Assembly: GCA_963977675.1 (NCBI GenBank) | Contig: CAXBPY010000004.1 | Location: 4,833-68,832, forward strand | Length of the DNA: 64,000 bases | Direction of reading: 5' to 3' | Origin: an uncultured bacterium | Lineage (GTDB): Bacteria; Bacteroidota; Bacteroidia; Chitinophagales; UBA10324 | Part shown: positions 16,167 through 25,022 of the stretch, one piece after another | How positions within the stretch are numbered: position 1 is the stretch's first letter | How the letters are laid out: every line of letters begins with the position of its first letter | Translations under genes and position numbers: made by a program | Notes under the pieces: model-generated | Database searches by the model: none | Told to the model about the DNA's origin: nothing | Seen by the model: the letters and a program-made list of their open reading frames with translations, nothing else

Positions 16167-19039
16167 AGAAAATATTACAAAAACTTTTTTTGTTCGCCTT
16201 GATTTCTCAGGCTCTGAGTTCGGAAAAAACTTCGGCTCAGATTGTTGTCGGCGTTGACACCCTGATTAACCATGGAAATAAGAACAACCGAATCAATCTG
16301 GTTTTTCTTGGAGATGGATACACTTCATCTCAGCAATCACAATTCAATTCTGATGTACTGACAATCGTAAACAAACTTTTCATCACTGCACCGTTTAATC
16401 GCTACCAGAATTTTTTCAATGTGTATGCAATTCATGTGGTATCAGCGGAGAGCGGGGCTGATCATCCACACACCGCTTCTGATTGTGCTTCGGCAAATCC
16501 TCAGGTTCCTGCCACAACAGTGAATACTGCACTTGGCGCAACATTCGACTATGGAGGAATTCACCGATTGCTTTATTGCACCAATACAACCAATATCACC
16601 AGCATTCTGAACTCGTATACTCCTTTTTTTGATAAAGGAATGATCGTTGTGAACTCACCGTACTATGGAGGTTCCGGCGGAATTTATCCTACATGCTCAG
16701 TTGAGGCAAACAGTGCTGAGATTATGATTCATGAACTCGGTCATTCATTTGCAGCATTAGGTGATGAGTACGGAGGAACAAGTTGCGGTGGAACTGAAAA
16801 ACCAAATTGCACAACCGAAACAAATGCTTCGTTGGTAAAATGGAAGAGTTGGTTTCCGAATGGAATTCCAATCCCAACTCCTCCCGGAACAAACTGTTCT
16901 TCAATCGGGCTTTACCTCGGCGCAAATTACTGCAATACCACCTGGTACCGACCCAAGTGCAATTGCAAAATGAATCAGCTGAACAATCCATTCTGCGAAG
17001 TATGTGCGCAAGAATTAATTTATTGCATTAACAATGGAGTGAATCTGATTGAATCAGTTTCTCCTTCTACTTCAACCGGAATCACATTGGGAAATGGTCA
17101 GTCGCAAACATTCAATTCAACCGTAGTAGCGCCGACACCTAATTCACTTTTGGTTCTTTGGAAACTTGATAACAACATTGGAGGAATCAACACATCAACT
17201 TTTACGGTTGATGGAACTTCACTCACCACAGGCACACACACTCTCGTTCTTACGGTGAGCGACACAACTTCTCTGTCGAAAAAGACAATGCCGCAATACA
17301 CGGCATCGTGGACGATCACAAAAACAGGAGTCACTGTTACACTCAATCCGTTCAATCCTGTTTGCTCAAATGCTTCAGCATTCACCCTCACCGGAGGAAG
17401 CCCGGCAGGAGGCACTTACAGCGGAACTGGAGTTTCGAATGGAACATTTAATCCGGCAGTTTCGGGCGCAGGAACTTTCAACATCACCTATACATACAGC
17501 GGAAGTTCTGCAACACAACCTATCACTGTTAATCCGCAACCAAATGTTACTGTGAGTGCGAATGCAACAATTTGCTCAGGTTCATCAACAACACTTAATG
17601 CAGGCGGAGCAACAACTTACACCTGGTCGCCAAGCATTGCACTGAATTTAACTACCGGCGCAAGCGTTAATGCAAATCCAACAAGCAATCAGGCATACAC
17701 TGTTACAGGAACAACAAATGGGTGCACGAAGAGCGCAACAACTTTTGTATTTGTCAATTCAATTCCAATAGTGAATGTAAGCGGAGCCAGTTCTATTTGC
17801 AGCGGAAGCAGTACAAACCTCACTGCAAGCGGAGCTACTACCTATTCATGGTCACCTTCTTCTTCATTGAATCAATCAAGCGGGGCAACAGTACTAGCAT
17901 CACCAACAGTTAATACTACTTACACAATCATTGGAAGTAATAACGGATGTAATGGGTCTGCCACGAAAGTGATAATCATGAATACAAAACCAGTTATCAG
18001 TGTAAGCACTGTTCCTACATCATGCCCTTCATCAAGTGATGGAACAATTGATATCACCATTACACCTTCGGGACAAACATTAACTTACTTGTGGTCAAAT
18101 GGAAATTCATCACAGGATCTATTAAATGTGATGGGCGGAAATTATTCTGTGACTGTTACTAATTCACTTGGATGCAGTTCATACAAGAGCACCGCAGTTA
18201 CAGCACCTGCATGTTCAGGTGTGATCGGAATTACAATCTCAAATATTAATTCTTCTTCAGCAACCGTGAATTGGAGTGCGAATAATTGCGCAGCAATTTA
18301 TAAGTTGAGGAGAAAGGCAACTACTGAACCTAACTGGAAGTATGTTGAAGTAAATGCTGCTACTTTTTCTAAAACTTATTCCAACCTTGCTCCAGGTAAA
18401 ACTTATGAAGTGCAGATGATGAGTTATTGCAACAGCAGTAAAACAGACTCGTCCGGATTCAGCAGTTCCATATACTTCAATACACTGAATACATGCGTAC
18501 CCGCAACCAACACCATAGCTTCAACTATTACAGGAACTTCAGCAATTCTGAATTGGAGTGGCAGCGCTGAGAAATTTATTCTCCGATGGAGAGTTTCCGG
18601 CGGAACATGGCATTTGGTAACTGTGAGCGGAAATCTGAATCAATATACTTTGACAAATCTTTCTCCAAACACCACCTATCAATGGACAATAAAATCAATA
18701 TGTGATTCTGTCGCAAATGATTTTTCAGCATTTACCGGCGCAAAGTATTTCACTACTCTTTCATCTTCAAAAATTGAAAATGCTTCTTCTTTAGCATCTG
18801 ATTGGAAAATTTTTCCCAATCCGACAACAGATAAAATTTATTTCTCTATCGAAAATTCTCAACACGAAAAAATATCTGTTGTGCTGAACGATATTTTCGG
18901 GAAAGAAATTTTGAGAAAAGAAATTTCAAATTCATCTGATGAAAATGAAATTGATATTTCAAATTATGGAGCAGGGATTTACTTCATTCAGATAAAATCT
19001 GAATCAGGAACGCAAGTGAAAAGAATTATTAAACAATAA
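16163..19039 (+). CDS. M64-family (IgA-peptidase-like) zinc metallopeptidase with Ig-like, SprB and FN3 repeats and a T9SS C-terminal sorting domain
   Basis: 958 aa; NRINLVFLGDGYT and HELGHSFAALGDEY (HExxH); two repeats of about 75 aa (ICSGSSTxLxAxGATTYxWSPS); SprB-type repeat (SCPSSSDGTIDITI); two FN3-like units; CTD FPNPTTDKIYF...GIYFIQIK. Confidence 0.88.
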   Translation: MKKILQKLFLFALISQALSSEKTSAQIVVGVDTLINHGNKNNRINLVFLGDGYTSSQQSQFNSDVLTIVNKLFITAPFNRYQNFFNVYAIHVVSAESGADHPHTASDCASANPQVPATTVNTALGATFDYGGIHRLLYCTNTTNITSILNSYTPFFDKGMIVVNSPYYGGSGGIYPTCSVEANSAEIMIHELGHSFAALGDEYGGTSCGGTEKPNCTTETNASLVKWKSWFPNGIPIPTPPGTNCSSIGLYLGANYCNTTWYRPKCNCKMNQLNNPFCEVCAQELIYCINNGVNLIESVSPSTSTGITLGNGQSQTFNSTVVAPTPNSLLVLWKLDNNIGGINTSTFTVDGTSLTTGTHTLVLTVSDTTSLSKKTMPQYTASWTITKTGVTVTLNPFNPVCSNASAFTLTGGSPAGGTYSGTGVSNGTFNPAVSGAGTFNITYTYSGSSATQPITVNPQPNVTVSANATICSGSSTTLNAGGATTYTWSPSIALNLTTGASVNANPTSNQAYTVTGTTNGCTKSATTFVFVNSIPIVNVSGASSICSGSSTNLTASGATTYSWSPSSSLNQSSGATVLASPTVNTTYTIIGSNNGCNGSATKVIIMNTKPVISVSTVPTSCPSSSDGTIDITITPSGQTLTYLWSNGNSSQDLLNVMGGNYSVTVTNSLGCSSYKSTAVTAPACSGVIGITISNINSSSATVNWSANNCAAIYKLRRKATTEPNWKYVEVNAATFSKTYSNLAPGKTYEVQMMSYCNSSKTDSSGFSSSIYFNTLNTCVPATNTIASTITGTSAILNWSGSAEKFILRWRVSGGTWHLVTVSGNLNQYTLTNLSPNTTYQWTIKSICDSVANDFSAFTGAKYFTTLSSSKIENASSLASDWKIFPNPTTDKIYFSIENSQHEKISVVLNDIFGKEILRKEISNSSDENEIDISNYGAGIYFIQIKSESGTQVKRIIKQ

Positions 19040-19092
19040 AATCAGCATGATAATTTTTATTACTTATAAACTGATTTCGTTTCTGAGAAAAT

Positions 19093-19710
19093 TTATTTCA
19101 GCTCTATCGGCTTGAAAGAATAGCCTTCGTCTTTCAGATAATTGAGCACTCGCGGCAGTGCATACTTCAATCGCGGTTCAGCTTTTGCACTATCATGAAA
19201 CACAACGATGCTGCCTGATTCAGTGTTGTTCAGCACATTCTTCACCACTTTTTGTTTCGGAAGTTCAGTATCAAAATCGCCGCTTAGCACATCCCACATA
19301 ATTATTTTAAAACGATTGCCAAGGCGACGGGTTTGTGCACGGGTAATGCGACCATACGGCGGGCGGAATAAATTTCCGGGAACAACTTCACCACACTTCA
19401 ATGCACTTTTTGAGTAAGTGGAGAGCGGAGTGCGCCAGCCATTCAGGTGATTGAAAGTGTGATTGCCAATAGAATGGCCTTCGCTCACAATTCGCTCCAC
19501 CAGTTCGGGATTGTTCTTCGCATTATTTCCAACAAGAAAGAAAGTTGCTTTTGCTCCAAATTTTTTCAAGGTGTCAAGCACCCATTCTGTAACTCCTGGT
19601 GTGGGGCCGTCATCAAAAGTCAGAAACACAGATTTATCAGGAACCGGAATGCTCCATACCTGCTGAGGAAAAATGTTTTTAAGGAGAGTGGGCGTCTTGA
19701 TGAAATACAC
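19093..19710 (-). CDS. Polysaccharide deacetylase (NodB homology domain)
   Basis: 205 aa; FLTFDDGP, HSIGNHTFNH motifs. Confidence 0.9.
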   Translation of the reverse strand: MYFIKTPTLLKNIFPQQVWSIPVPDKSVFLTFDDGPTPGVTEWVLDTLKKFGAKATFFLVGNNAKNNPELVERIVSEGHSIGNHTFNHLNGWRTPLSTYSKSALKCGEVVPGNLFRPPYGRITRAQTRRLGNRFKIIMWDVLSGDFDTELPKQKVVKNVLNNTESGSIVVFHDSAKAEPRLKYALPRVLNYLKDEGYSFKPIELK

Positions 19711-19792
19711 TTGCTCAATGGAATTCAGTTACACAGACCTGAAGCATTGCTGAAAAGTTGCACACGATAAAAAAATATTTAAGAGAGAAATT

Positions 19793-20317
19793 CTACACCA
19801 ATTTTTTCGGTGGTTCCATTACATGCCCACAGTTCTTGCAGGTTCGTAAATCAATGCTACCGTAATAGCGATCGAATACTCCGCCGAAATCTTTTTCAAT
19901 ATCTTTCAGTTCAAAATATTCTTCATAGAGCTTGTTGTTGCAGTTTTCGCAAAACCAAAGCAGTCCGTCTTTTTCATGATTGTGTTTCTTGTGTTCAATC
20001 ACTAAACCTATTGTGTTTGGTCCGCGTCGCGGCTGATGCGGTGTTCGTGGAGGAAGCATAAAAATTTCTCCTTCATTAATCGGAATATCCACTGCTTTTC
20101 CTTCTTCCTGAATTCCTACCACAATATTTCCTTCGAGCTGATAATAGAATTCTTCTCCTTCATTGAAGTGATAATCCTTGCGTGAGTTAGGTCCGCCGAC
20201 TACCATGATAATGAAGTCGGCATCTTTATACACCACTTTATTTCCAACCGGTGGTTTCAGCAAGTGACGGTTATCATCTATCCATTTCTTGAAATTGAAA
20301 GCTCTTTGAATTGGCAT
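19793..20317 (-). CDS. nbaC: 3-hydroxyanthranilate 3,4-dioxygenase
   Basis: 174 aa cupin; FNFKKWIDDNRHLLKPPVGNK, DYHFNEGEEFYYQLEG, and a C-terminal CxxC...CxxC rubredoxin-like site (CENC, CKNC). Confidence 0.9.
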   Translation of the reverse strand: MPIQRAFNFKKWIDDNRHLLKPPVGNKVVYKDADFIIMVVGGPNSRKDYHFNEGEEFYYQLEGNIVVGIQEEGKAVDIPINEGEIFMLPPRTPHQPRRGPNTIGLVIEHKKHNHEKDGLLWFCENCNNKLYEEYFELKDIEKDFGGVFDRYYGSIDLRTCKNCGHVMEPPKKLV

Positions 20318-20411
20318 GAGAAAAAATTTTCAGCAAAGTATAAATGTTCAGGCAGAAAGCAAAAATTATTGATGCGAACAATTTACTTTCGTAAGGCAAA
20401 TCAATTTCTTA

Positions 20412-20612
20412 ATGAGAACAACAAGCACACAATTCATAACTGACGGCAAGGGCAACAAGCAATCTGTAATCATTTCTATGAAGGACTACAAAAAAATATT
20501 GGATGAACTTGAAGAACTTGAAGACATTAGAATGTATGATGAAGTGAAAAGCAGGAATGAAAAGAGTATTCCTTTTGATGAATATCTGAAAAAGAGAAAC
20601 ACAAAGAAGTGA
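20412..20612 (+). CDS. Type II antitoxin (RelB/Phd-like)
   Basis: 66 aa, acidic, directly upstream of and overlapping a RelE/ParE toxin gene. Confidence 0.75.
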   Translation: MRTTSTQFITDGKGNKQSVIISMKDYKKILDELEELEDIRMYDEVKSRNEKSIPFDEYLKKRNTKK

Positions 20613-20869
20613 TGCCTGTCTATAAAATTTTCATCACTTCAACTGCGCAGCATCAGTTAGACAAATTGCCGGAAAATGTTTCAATGATTCTTATTGAAAC
20701 CATTTCTAAACTGAGTAATAATCCGAGACCATTCGGTTGCAAAAAATTAAAGGGAAGAAACGGTTACAGAATCAGAAAAGGTGATTTTAGAATCATTTAT
20801 GAAATCACTGACAGAATTTTGCTTGTAGAAATAATTGCTGTCGGGCATCGGAAAAATATTTATGAATAA
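20609..20869 (+). CDS. Type II toxin, RelE/ParE family
   Basis: 86 aa; GYRIRKGDFRIIYEI...VEIIAVGHRKNIYE is the RelE/ParE C-terminal signature. The start is GTG 20609 or ATG 20612; both overlap the antitoxin stop TGA 20610-20612. Confidence 0.85.
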   Translation: MMPVYKIFITSTAQHQLDKLPENVSMILIETISKLSNNPRPFGCKKLKGRNGYRIRKGDFRIIYEITDRILLVEIIAVGHRKNIYE

Positions 20870-20923
20870 AAATCAATATGAAGCATTCATGAATTTCAAT
20901 TTTTCAATCTTCATTTTCGCCTC

Positions 20924-21709
20924 ATGAACTTTTCACTTAAAGGAAAAAATGCTCTCGTGTGCGGAAGCAGCAAGGGAATCGGGAAAGCAATTGCGATTGC
21001 TTTTGCTCAGCAAGGAGCTAATGTTACACTCGTTGCACGCAACAAAGACAAACTCGCCGAGACGAAGAAAGAACTTGATGCTTCTCTTGGACAGAATCAC
21101 GATATCTTGATTTGTGATTTCAGCAAGCCTGCCGAGCTGAAAGAAATTATTCAATATCATTTGAAGAATATTGACTATCACATTTTGGTAAACAACACCG
21201 GCGGGCCGCCAGCCGGAAATATTTTTGATGCGAAAGAAGAGCAATTCATCACTGCGTTTCAAAATCATCTTTTGTGCAATCACATTCTGGCGCAGGCACT
21301 CATTCCCGGGATGAAAAAAAATAATTACGGACGCATCATCAATGTGATTTCTACATCTGTAAAAATTCCAATAAAAGGATTAGGTGTTTCTAATACCATT
21401 CGCGCGGCAGTGGCTAATTGGTCGAAAACTTTTTCAAATGAATTGGCACCATTAGGAATCACAGTTAATAATATTTTGCCAGGAGCTACAAAGACTGAGC
21501 GCCTGGAGGAAATAATTCGAAATCGTGCAGCGCAATTAAAAACTTCAGCAGAAAAGATTGAAGAAGAAATGCTGAATGAAATTCCAATGGCTCGCTTTGC
21601 AACTCCTTCTGAAGTTGCAGCGGCAGCGGCTTTCCTGGCTTCACCGGCTGCATCTTACATTACTGGAATTAATATTCCTGTGGATGGAGGAAGGACAGGA
21701 TCATTGTAA
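20924..21709 (+). CDS. SDR family oxidoreductase (3-oxoacyl-ACP reductase-like)
   Basis: 261 aa; GSSKGIGKAIA, NNTG, C-terminal ASYITGINIPVDGG. Confidence 0.88.
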   Translation: MNFSLKGKNALVCGSSKGIGKAIAIAFAQQGANVTLVARNKDKLAETKKELDASLGQNHDILICDFSKPAELKEIIQYHLKNIDYHILVNNTGGPPAGNIFDAKEEQFITAFQNHLLCNHILAQALIPGMKKNNYGRIINVISTSVKIPIKGLGVSNTIRAAVANWSKTFSNELAPLGITVNNILPGATKTERLEEIIRNRAAQLKTSAEKIEEEMLNEIPMARFATPSEVAAAAAFLASPAASYITGINIPVDGGRTGSL

Positions 21710-21782
21710 CCAAACAGTTTTTTTTCATTATTAAAAAAAGAGTTTAAGTTCATTTCCAATCAAAACCACAACCTGAAAAATC

Positions 21783-22808
21783 ATGAGCCAGCAAACAGAA
21801 GAAGTTCTCATCCCTGAAACCAAAGCAAAACAAAAAGTAGTGGTTGAAGAAGCCGATGGTAAATGGCGTGGCAGCAGCGTTAGCGAAAAAGATGGTCAGC
21901 ACTGGGACAAGTCGAAGGAAATGAATTTCACTTACACCAACCTCGACAAATTTGTTCGTTACAGTTTGGGTGAAAATGCACATTTCAGCAATGCATTTTA
22001 TGATGGTGATTATTCCCTCACGCTCGATCAGGCTCAGGAAAAGAAATATCGATTTGTTGCCGAACAATTACGAATCACAAAGGACAGCAAGGTGCTTGAT
22101 CTTGGTTGCGGCTGGGGTGGATGGCTGATGTGGCTGAAAAAAAATATTGGCTGTCGTGCTATTGGAGTTAATCTTTCAGAAGGACAAGCCGCAGCGTGCC
22201 GAAAGAATGGATTGGAAGTTTACCTGAAAGATGCACGCTTCGTAACTCCCGATGATTTCGGAATGTTTGATGCTGTAACTGCTTTCGGAAGTTTCGAGCA
22301 TGTGGCATCAGTAAAAGATTTTCTTGACGGCAAACAGGATGCTGTGTATGATGATTACTTTCATCATGTTTTCAATTTACTTAAACCCGGCTGCCGCTTT
22401 TACATGCAGGCAATGGTGTTCAGCAAGAACATGCTGCCTTACGAAAAATTTGACATCAATGCACCAAAAGGTAGCGATGCATATATACTAGCTCTACTTA
22501 CTAAGCACAATCCTGATTCCTGGTTGAGCTATGGTCACGAGCACATCATCCGCTGTGCGGAGCCATACTTAAAGAAAATTTATTACAGCAGCGGACGCCT
22601 TGATTACATTAAAACAAATCGTGAGTGGACGAAACTTTATTACAAGTTCCAGTGGAAAAAATATTTGTGGTATCTCTCACTCATCCCGAAATATTTTACT
22701 GATAAAGAATTTCGATATCAGTATGATTTGCTTCGTGTGCGTCCGAATCGTGTGTGCTTCGAGCGCGAGATCATAGATCATGCGCGATTAGTTTTTGAGA
22801 AGAAATAA
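21783..22808 (+). CDS. Class I SAM-dependent methyltransferase, cyclopropane-fatty-acyl-phospholipid-synthase-like
   Basis: 341 aa; VLDLGCGWGGW motif I; overall CMAS-family layout. Confidence 0.8.
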   Translation: MSQQTEEVLIPETKAKQKVVVEEADGKWRGSSVSEKDGQHWDKSKEMNFTYTNLDKFVRYSLGENAHFSNAFYDGDYSLTLDQAQEKKYRFVAEQLRITKDSKVLDLGCGWGGWLMWLKKNIGCRAIGVNLSEGQAAACRKNGLEVYLKDARFVTPDDFGMFDAVTAFGSFEHVASVKDFLDGKQDAVYDDYFHHVFNLLKPGCRFYMQAMVFSKNMLPYEKFDINAPKGSDAYILALLTKHNPDSWLSYGHEHIIRCAEPYLKKIYYSSGRLDYIKTNREWTKLYYKFQWKKYLWYLSLIPKYFTDKEFRYQYDLLRVRPNRVCFEREIIDHARLVFEKK

Positions 22809-22862
22809 TTTTCTTAATTGAATTAAGAAGACCGAGGCAATAAAAATTGTGTCGGCCTTTTT

Positions 22863-23597
22863 TTATAGAAGATTTTTCAGCGGAGAAAAATCTTTCTTCA
22901 CTTCAATCTCCTGCTGAATAATTTTTCCTTTTACTTTTTTCACGCTGAAAGAATGAGCAGTTTTTTTTGACTGAAGAATGCGATATGAATTTTCATTCCT
23001 GATTTCAATAGCCGAACAATCATCGCAGGCAATTCCTTTTCCCCCAAACTTCGAAATCATTTTTCTGAAATGCGCATCACGCTTTTCTTTCAGATAGTGC
23101 GGACAAAAAGTTGTTTTGATAATTCCTAAACTTTTCACACGAATGTGTTCCCATTTATCGGGATGATAATAAGCCATTGAATCGCTGTGCCCATATTGAA
23201 ACCAGCAAATTGCTCCGGCACTTGTTCCAGTCACAATAGTTCCACTTTGATATGCTTTTAAAATAAGTTTATCAACTCCAAGCCATCGCCAGCGACGCAT
23301 CATTTTCAATGTATTTCCACCACCTACATAAATTATATCAGCACGCTCAATCTTGGTTTCAATTTCTTTCTTCGAAATTTTTTTATTGAGAAGAAATAAT
23401 ACTTCAGGCCGGCATCCCATTCTGTCTCCATAAACTTTCTGAAAATTTTCCCAATACTGTTTATCATCACTTGAAGCGGTAGGAATAAAAAGTGCGCGAG
23501 GATTTTTCTTTCCGGTAAGAGAAACAATATGTTCATCAATGGAGCGCGTAGCACCTTCAATCATGCTACCGCCGCCAATCGCAATCAGCGTGCGCAT
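22863..23597 (-). CDS. Peptidase S51 (dipeptidase E-like) family protein
   Basis: 244 aa; IAIGGGS, YVGGGNT, GTSAGAICW (nucleophile elbow). Confidence 0.8.
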   Translation of the reverse strand: MRTLIAIGGGSMIEGATRSIDEHIVSLTGKKNPRALFIPTASSDDKQYWENFQKVYGDRMGCRPEVLFLLNKKISKKEIETKIERADIIYVGGGNTLKMMRRWRWLGVDKLILKAYQSGTIVTGTSAGAICWFQYGHSDSMAYYHPDKWEHIRVKSLGIIKTTFCPHYLKEKRDAHFRKMISKFGGKGIACDDCSAIEIRNENSYRILQSKKTAHSFSVKKVKGKIIQQEIEVKKDFSPLKNLL

Positions 23598-23630
23598 TAA
23601 AACTGGGTGTAAATTTCTTTTTGAAAAAAA

Positions 23631-23723
23631 CTAACTGCCGTTATAGTCGAGCATTTGAAATGTAAAAGTCATCACAATGATGAAACCAATAATGGCGGCA
23701 ATTATCCAAAGGGCTTTTTTCAT
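23631..23723 (-). CDS. Possible 30-aa single-pass membrane peptide (not in supplied track)
   Basis: MKKALWIIAAIIGFIIVMTFTFQMLDYNGS; the ATG lies 19 nt downstream of an exact -7 box; 33 nt upstream of the S51 peptidase gene on the same strand. Confidence 0.4.
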   Translation of the reverse strand: MKKALWIIAAIIGFIIVMTFTFQMLDYNGS

Positions 23724-23742
23724 GGTAGAAATTTCTTGCGCA

Positions 23743-23750
23743 CAAATGTA
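23743..23750 (-). promoter_or_regulatory. Putative -7 box TACATTTG (minus strand)
   Basis: Exact TAnnTTTG on the minus strand followed by TGCGC; serves the small ORF and the S51 peptidase gene. Confidence 0.5.
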
Positions 23751-23875
23751 AAAATGAAATTGAGTTGAGGAAGCATACAAAATGGTCTGGTTGAGGATTG
23801 AAGTGAAAGGAATTGAAATAATGAAACATAAAAAATCATTTTGGTCAGGGCTGTTGGACAGAAAAAATGTATGAA

Positions 23876-23883
23876 TACATTTG
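23876..23883 (+). promoter_or_regulatory. Putative -7 box TACATTTG (with TTG at 23854-23856) for tRNA-Gln
   Basis: TACATTTGCGCCC ends 9 nt before the tRNA 5' end; -33 TTG at 19-nt spacing. Confidence 0.6.
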
Positions 23884-23892
23884 CGCCCTCAT

Positions 23893-23965
23893 TGACCGAT
23901 GGTGTAACTGGCAACACGTCTGATTTTGGTTCAGAAGAGTCTAGGTTCGAGACCTAGTCGGTCAA
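23893..23965 (+). tRNA. tRNA-Gln (anticodon TTG)
   Basis: 73-nt cloverleaf folded by hand: acceptor TGACCGA/TCGGTCA (U1-A72, as in bacterial tRNA-Gln), anticodon stem TCTGA/TCAGA, loop TTTTGGT, T arm CTAGG-TTCGAGA-CCTAG. Confidence 0.9.
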
Positions 23966-24032
23966 CAAAATATTGTGCAGCAACCCTAGCGGTTTTATTT
24001 TTTTACATACTTGCTCAAATAGAGCGGAACTT

Positions 24033-24040
24033 TATATTTG
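24033..24040 (+). promoter_or_regulatory. Putative -7 box TATATTTG (with TTG at 24011-24013) for prs-rplY-pth
   Basis: TATATTTGCGCCCCC; 19-nt spacing to the upstream TTG; 22 nt before the prs ATG. Confidence 0.6.
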
Positions 24041-24062
24041 CGCCCCCTGAATTTTACCATCC

Positions 24063-25007
24063 ATGTCAGCTTATATTGAATCAAAAGTTAAAATTTTTGC
24101 CGGTGATTCTTCCGAGTATCTTGCAAAGGAAATTGCGATGGAATATGGGGTGGATTTAGGTGAAAAGAAGGTACTTCACTTTAGCGATGGCGAAATGCAG
24201 CCAGTAATAAACGAAAGTATTCGTGGTGATTATGTTTTTATGGTGCAGAGCACTTTTGCCCCAACTGATAATTTATTTGAACTTTTGTTGATGATGGACT
24301 CTGCCCGTCGCGCCTCGGCAAAATATATAACTGCTGTGATTCCTTATTTCGGTTATGCACGCCAGGACAGAAAGGATAAGCCAAGAGTTTCTATTGGGAG
24401 TAAAATGGTTGCAAATCTTCTTACTGCAGCCGGTGCAAATAGAATAATGACAATGGATTTGCATGCCCCGCAGATTCAGGGATTCTTTGATATTCCTGTT
24501 GATCACCTTGAAAGCAATACTATATTCATTCCTTATCTTAAGGATTTGGATCTACCTGATATGACTTTTGCTTCTCCTGATGTTGGAAGTACAAACCGTG
24601 CTCGGATTCTTGCCACACATTTTCAAAAAGAGATGGTAATCTGTGACAAGTACCGCAAGCGCCCAAATGAAGTAGCGGGCATGACCGTAATCGGAGATGT
24701 GACCGGACGCAATGTTATTTTGGTAGATGATATTATTGATACTGCTTCAACACTTTGCAATGCTGCTGATCTGCTGATTCAAAAAGGCGCTAAAAGTGTT
24801 CGCGCAATGATTACACATCCTGTGCTTTCTGGAAAGGCATACGAAAAAATTGAAAACTCAAAGCTGACTGAATTGGTGGTGTGTAATACCATTCCATTAA
24901 AACAAAAGTCAGACAAAATAAAAGTGCTATCTGTTGCCCCATTGTTTGCATCAGCAATCCGGAACATGCATGAGCACAAATCAATCAGTTCATTATTCAT
25001 CAATTAA
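24063..25007 (+). CDS. prs: Ribose-phosphate diphosphokinase
   Basis: 314 aa; PYFGYARQDRK, DLHAPQIQGFF, VLVDDIIDTAST motifs. Confidence 0.96.
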   Translation: MSAYIESKVKIFAGDSSEYLAKEIAMEYGVDLGEKKVLHFSDGEMQPVINESIRGDYVFMVQSTFAPTDNLFELLLMMDSARRASAKYITAVIPYFGYARQDRKDKPRVSIGSKMVANLLTAAGANRIMTMDLHAPQIQGFFDIPVDHLESNTIFIPYLKDLDLPDMTFASPDVGSTNRARILATHFQKEMVICDKYRKRPNEVAGMTVIGDVTGRNVILVDDIIDTASTLCNAADLLIQKGAKSVRAMITHPVLSGKAYEKIENSKLTELVVCNTIPLKQKSDKIKVLSVAPLFASAIRNMHEHKSISSLFIN

Positions 25008-25022
25008 GAAAATTTTTTTAAA

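Noticed and set aside
23926-24159. 77-aa plus-strand ORF, and the minus-strand ORFs at 23641-23917
   Set aside because: They overlap tRNA-Gln, its promoter and the prs promoter and start. They have no coding-like features.
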